A stretch of DNA of 64,000 bases, taken from NCBI GenBank assembly GCA_038087875.1, contig CM075997.1, forward strand, positions 558,001 to 622,000, written 5' to 3'. The translations under genes and the position numbers were made by a program. The first letter of the stretch is position 1, and every line of letters begins with the position of its first letter. The notes under the pieces were generated by a model that ran no database searches, was not told the origin of the DNA, and was given only the letters and a program-made list of their open reading frames with translations. Of this stretch, positions 62,166 through 64,000 are shown one piece after another. The DNA comes from Malacoraja senta. Taxonomy: Eukaryota.

Positions 62166-62263
62166 ATGGACAACTCAGCGAAGGAGCGGGAGGCGCTGGG
62201 CCTGGTGGCCGAGGCGGAGCGGCGCGTCCGCGGGACGAAGTCCTTCATCGCCGCCATTTTCGG
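62166..62263 (+). CDS. NAPA: Alpha/beta-SNAP (NSF attachment protein) exon 1
   Basis: MDNSAKEREALGLVAEAERRVRGTKSFIAAIFG versus NAPA [33 protein letters not shown]; 98 nt with GTGAGA donor. NAPB cannot be excluded from one exon. Confidence 0.85.
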
Positions 62264-62344
62264 GTGAGAGGAGGCGGTGGCGACGACTTCGGAGGGGGAG
62301 GGGGAGGGGGAGGGGGAGGGGGATTGACGACCGACCGCCTGCCC

Positions 62345-63111
62345 TCCTTGTTGTGGGTGCCCCTCTCCCCCTTGTTGTGGGTGCCTCTCCCCCCCCTTGT
62401 TGTGGGTGCCCCCCCTTGTTGTGGGTGACCCCCCCTTGTTGTGGGTGCCCCCCCCTTGTTGTGGGTGCCCCTCCCCCCCTTGCTGTGGGTGCCCCCTCCC
62501 CTTGTTGTGGGTGCCCCCTCCCCTTGTTGTGGGTGCCCCTCCCCCCTTGTTGTGGGTGCCCTCCCCCCCCTTGTGGGTGCCCCTCCCCCCTTGTGGGTGC
62601 CCACCCCCACCTTGTGGGTGCCCACCTCCTTGTTGTGGGTGCCCACCCCCCTTGTTGTGGGACCCCTCCCCTTGTTGTGGGTGCCCACCCCTTGTTGTGG
62701 GTGCCCCCTCCCCTTGTTGTGGGTGACCCCCCCTTGTTGTGGGTGCCCCCCCCTTGTTGTGGGTGCCCCTCCCCCCCTTGCTGTGGGTGCCCCCTCCCCT
62801 TGTTGTGGGTGCCCCCTCCCCTTGTTGTGGGTGCCCCTCCCCCCCCCCCTTGTTGTGGGTGCCCTCCCCCCCTTGTGGGTGCCCCTCCCCCCTTGTGGGT
62901 GCCCCCTCCCCACGTTGTGGGTGCCCCCTCCCCTTGTTGTGGGCCCCCTCCCCTTGTTGTGGGTGCCCCCTCCCCTTGTTGTGGGACCCCTCCCCTTGTT
63001 GTGGGCCCCCTCCCCTTGTTGTGGGTGCCCCCTCCCCTTGTTGTGGGACCCCTCCCCTTGTTGTGGGACCCCTCCCCTTGTTGTGGGTGCCCCCTCCTTG
63101 CTGTGGGTGCC
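62345..63111. repeat. About 22-25-bp GC-rich minisatellite (CCCCTTGTTGTGGGTGCCCCCT)n in NAPA-like intron 1
   Basis: About 30 units visible directly. Confidence 0.95.
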
Positions 63112-63190
63112 GGGCTCCGGGCGGGCCACAGCTGGTCAATGAACCCGGACCGATGGGGTGGGGCAGTGGTGTGGGGTGGTACAAGACAGG

Positions 63191-63368
63191 GACATCATGG
63201 TGCTGATGTGGGTGAATGTTGCTCTCAGTAGCATCGGGTGGGGGAGGGGGAGGGGGAGGGGGGTGCGAGTAGTCATTAGTGACATCATGGTGCTGATGTG
63301 GGTGAATGTTGCTCTCAGTAGCATCGGGTGGGGGAGGGGAGGGGGAGGGGGTGCGAGTAGTCATTAGT
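63191..63368. repeat. Tandem duplication of an approximately 90-bp unit
   Basis: GACATCATGGTGCTGATGTG..GTGCGAGTAGTCATTAGT occurs twice. Confidence 0.9.
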
Positions 63369-64000
63369 TTACATTCCTGATGAAGGAGGGGGGAGGGGAG
63401 GGGTGGTGAAGTGTTGTTGATGTGCGTGTGTTGTGTAGAAGGAACTGCAGATGCTGGTTTACACCAAGATAGGCGCCACAAATGCTGAAGTAATTCAGCG
63501 GGTCAGGCAGCAAGAAGTCTGTAGAAGGGTTTTAATCAGATTGTTGTAACATATGGTTGAAATCTTTTATTTCCAGTGAAGATTTAATCACATCAGTGTG
63601 TAGAAGCTAAAATGCCTTGTGTACTTCAGACTTAATTTTGTGAAATTAAACATTACTTTCTCCCAAGGGTCTCTCTATTTACTGAATTGCTCGTGAACAT
63701 GATCAAGTCTATCACGGTTCTTTGTAGAAAATACATCGCAGTCAATTTCTGTTATTCCTTTTCCATAATCATGTATCATGTTTTGTCTATCCAATTTCTT
63801 TTGATAACCCTTTTTTTTTTCCTTTGCCCCCCCACCCATGTTATTTTCCAGCTTGTAACCTGTCCATGTACTTATTTTTATAAGAAAACCAATTTCCTCT
63901 CCTATGTGGGAGGACTGCAGATGCTGGTTTAAACTGAAGATAGACACAAAAAGCGGGAGTAACTCAGTGGGTCAGACAGCATCTTCTCCTTATCTTTTGC

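Noticed and set aside
61979..63481. 500-aa minus-strand ORF and overlapping ORFs
   Set aside because: These are translations of a stop-free GC-rich minisatellite in NAPA-like intron 1.

Overview
This is a repeat-dense vertebrate genomic window, probably from a cartilaginous fish (skate/ray-like). That taxon is inferred from the HE1-type V-SINEs, HER1/CR1 LINEs and Penelope-like repeats. Five spliced genes were reconstructed by hand. (1) The last coding exon of a BTBD7-like gene (+, stop at 769). (2) A complete 10-coding-exon ITPK1-like gene (+, 16810-31928, 375 aa). (3) A chromogranin-family gene (-, 40500-35620; its signal-peptide exon was not found and probably lies in the gap). (4) Mitochondrial seryl-tRNA synthetase SARS2 (-, exons 1-10 at 59691-41440; the remaining exons are presumably in the 200-N gap at 41211-41410). 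(5) Exon 1 of a NAPA/NAPB-type SNAP gene (+, 62166), head-to-head with SARS2. The most notable observations: a BTBD7-ITPK1-chromogranin block next to SARS2/NAPA that may be a whole-genome-duplication paralogue carrying a third chromogranin of mixed CHGA/CHGB character; a His-to-Gln change at the ITPK1 H162-equivalent site; a SINE supplying the ITPK1-like stop codon; a copy of the 3' end with its poly(A) signal inside intron 6; many minimal hammerhead-ribozyme cores in Penelope-like repeats; and a 1-nt frameshift in SARS2 exon 1 that is probably an assembly error. All homology calls come from remembered protein sequences and exon sizes, not from database searches.
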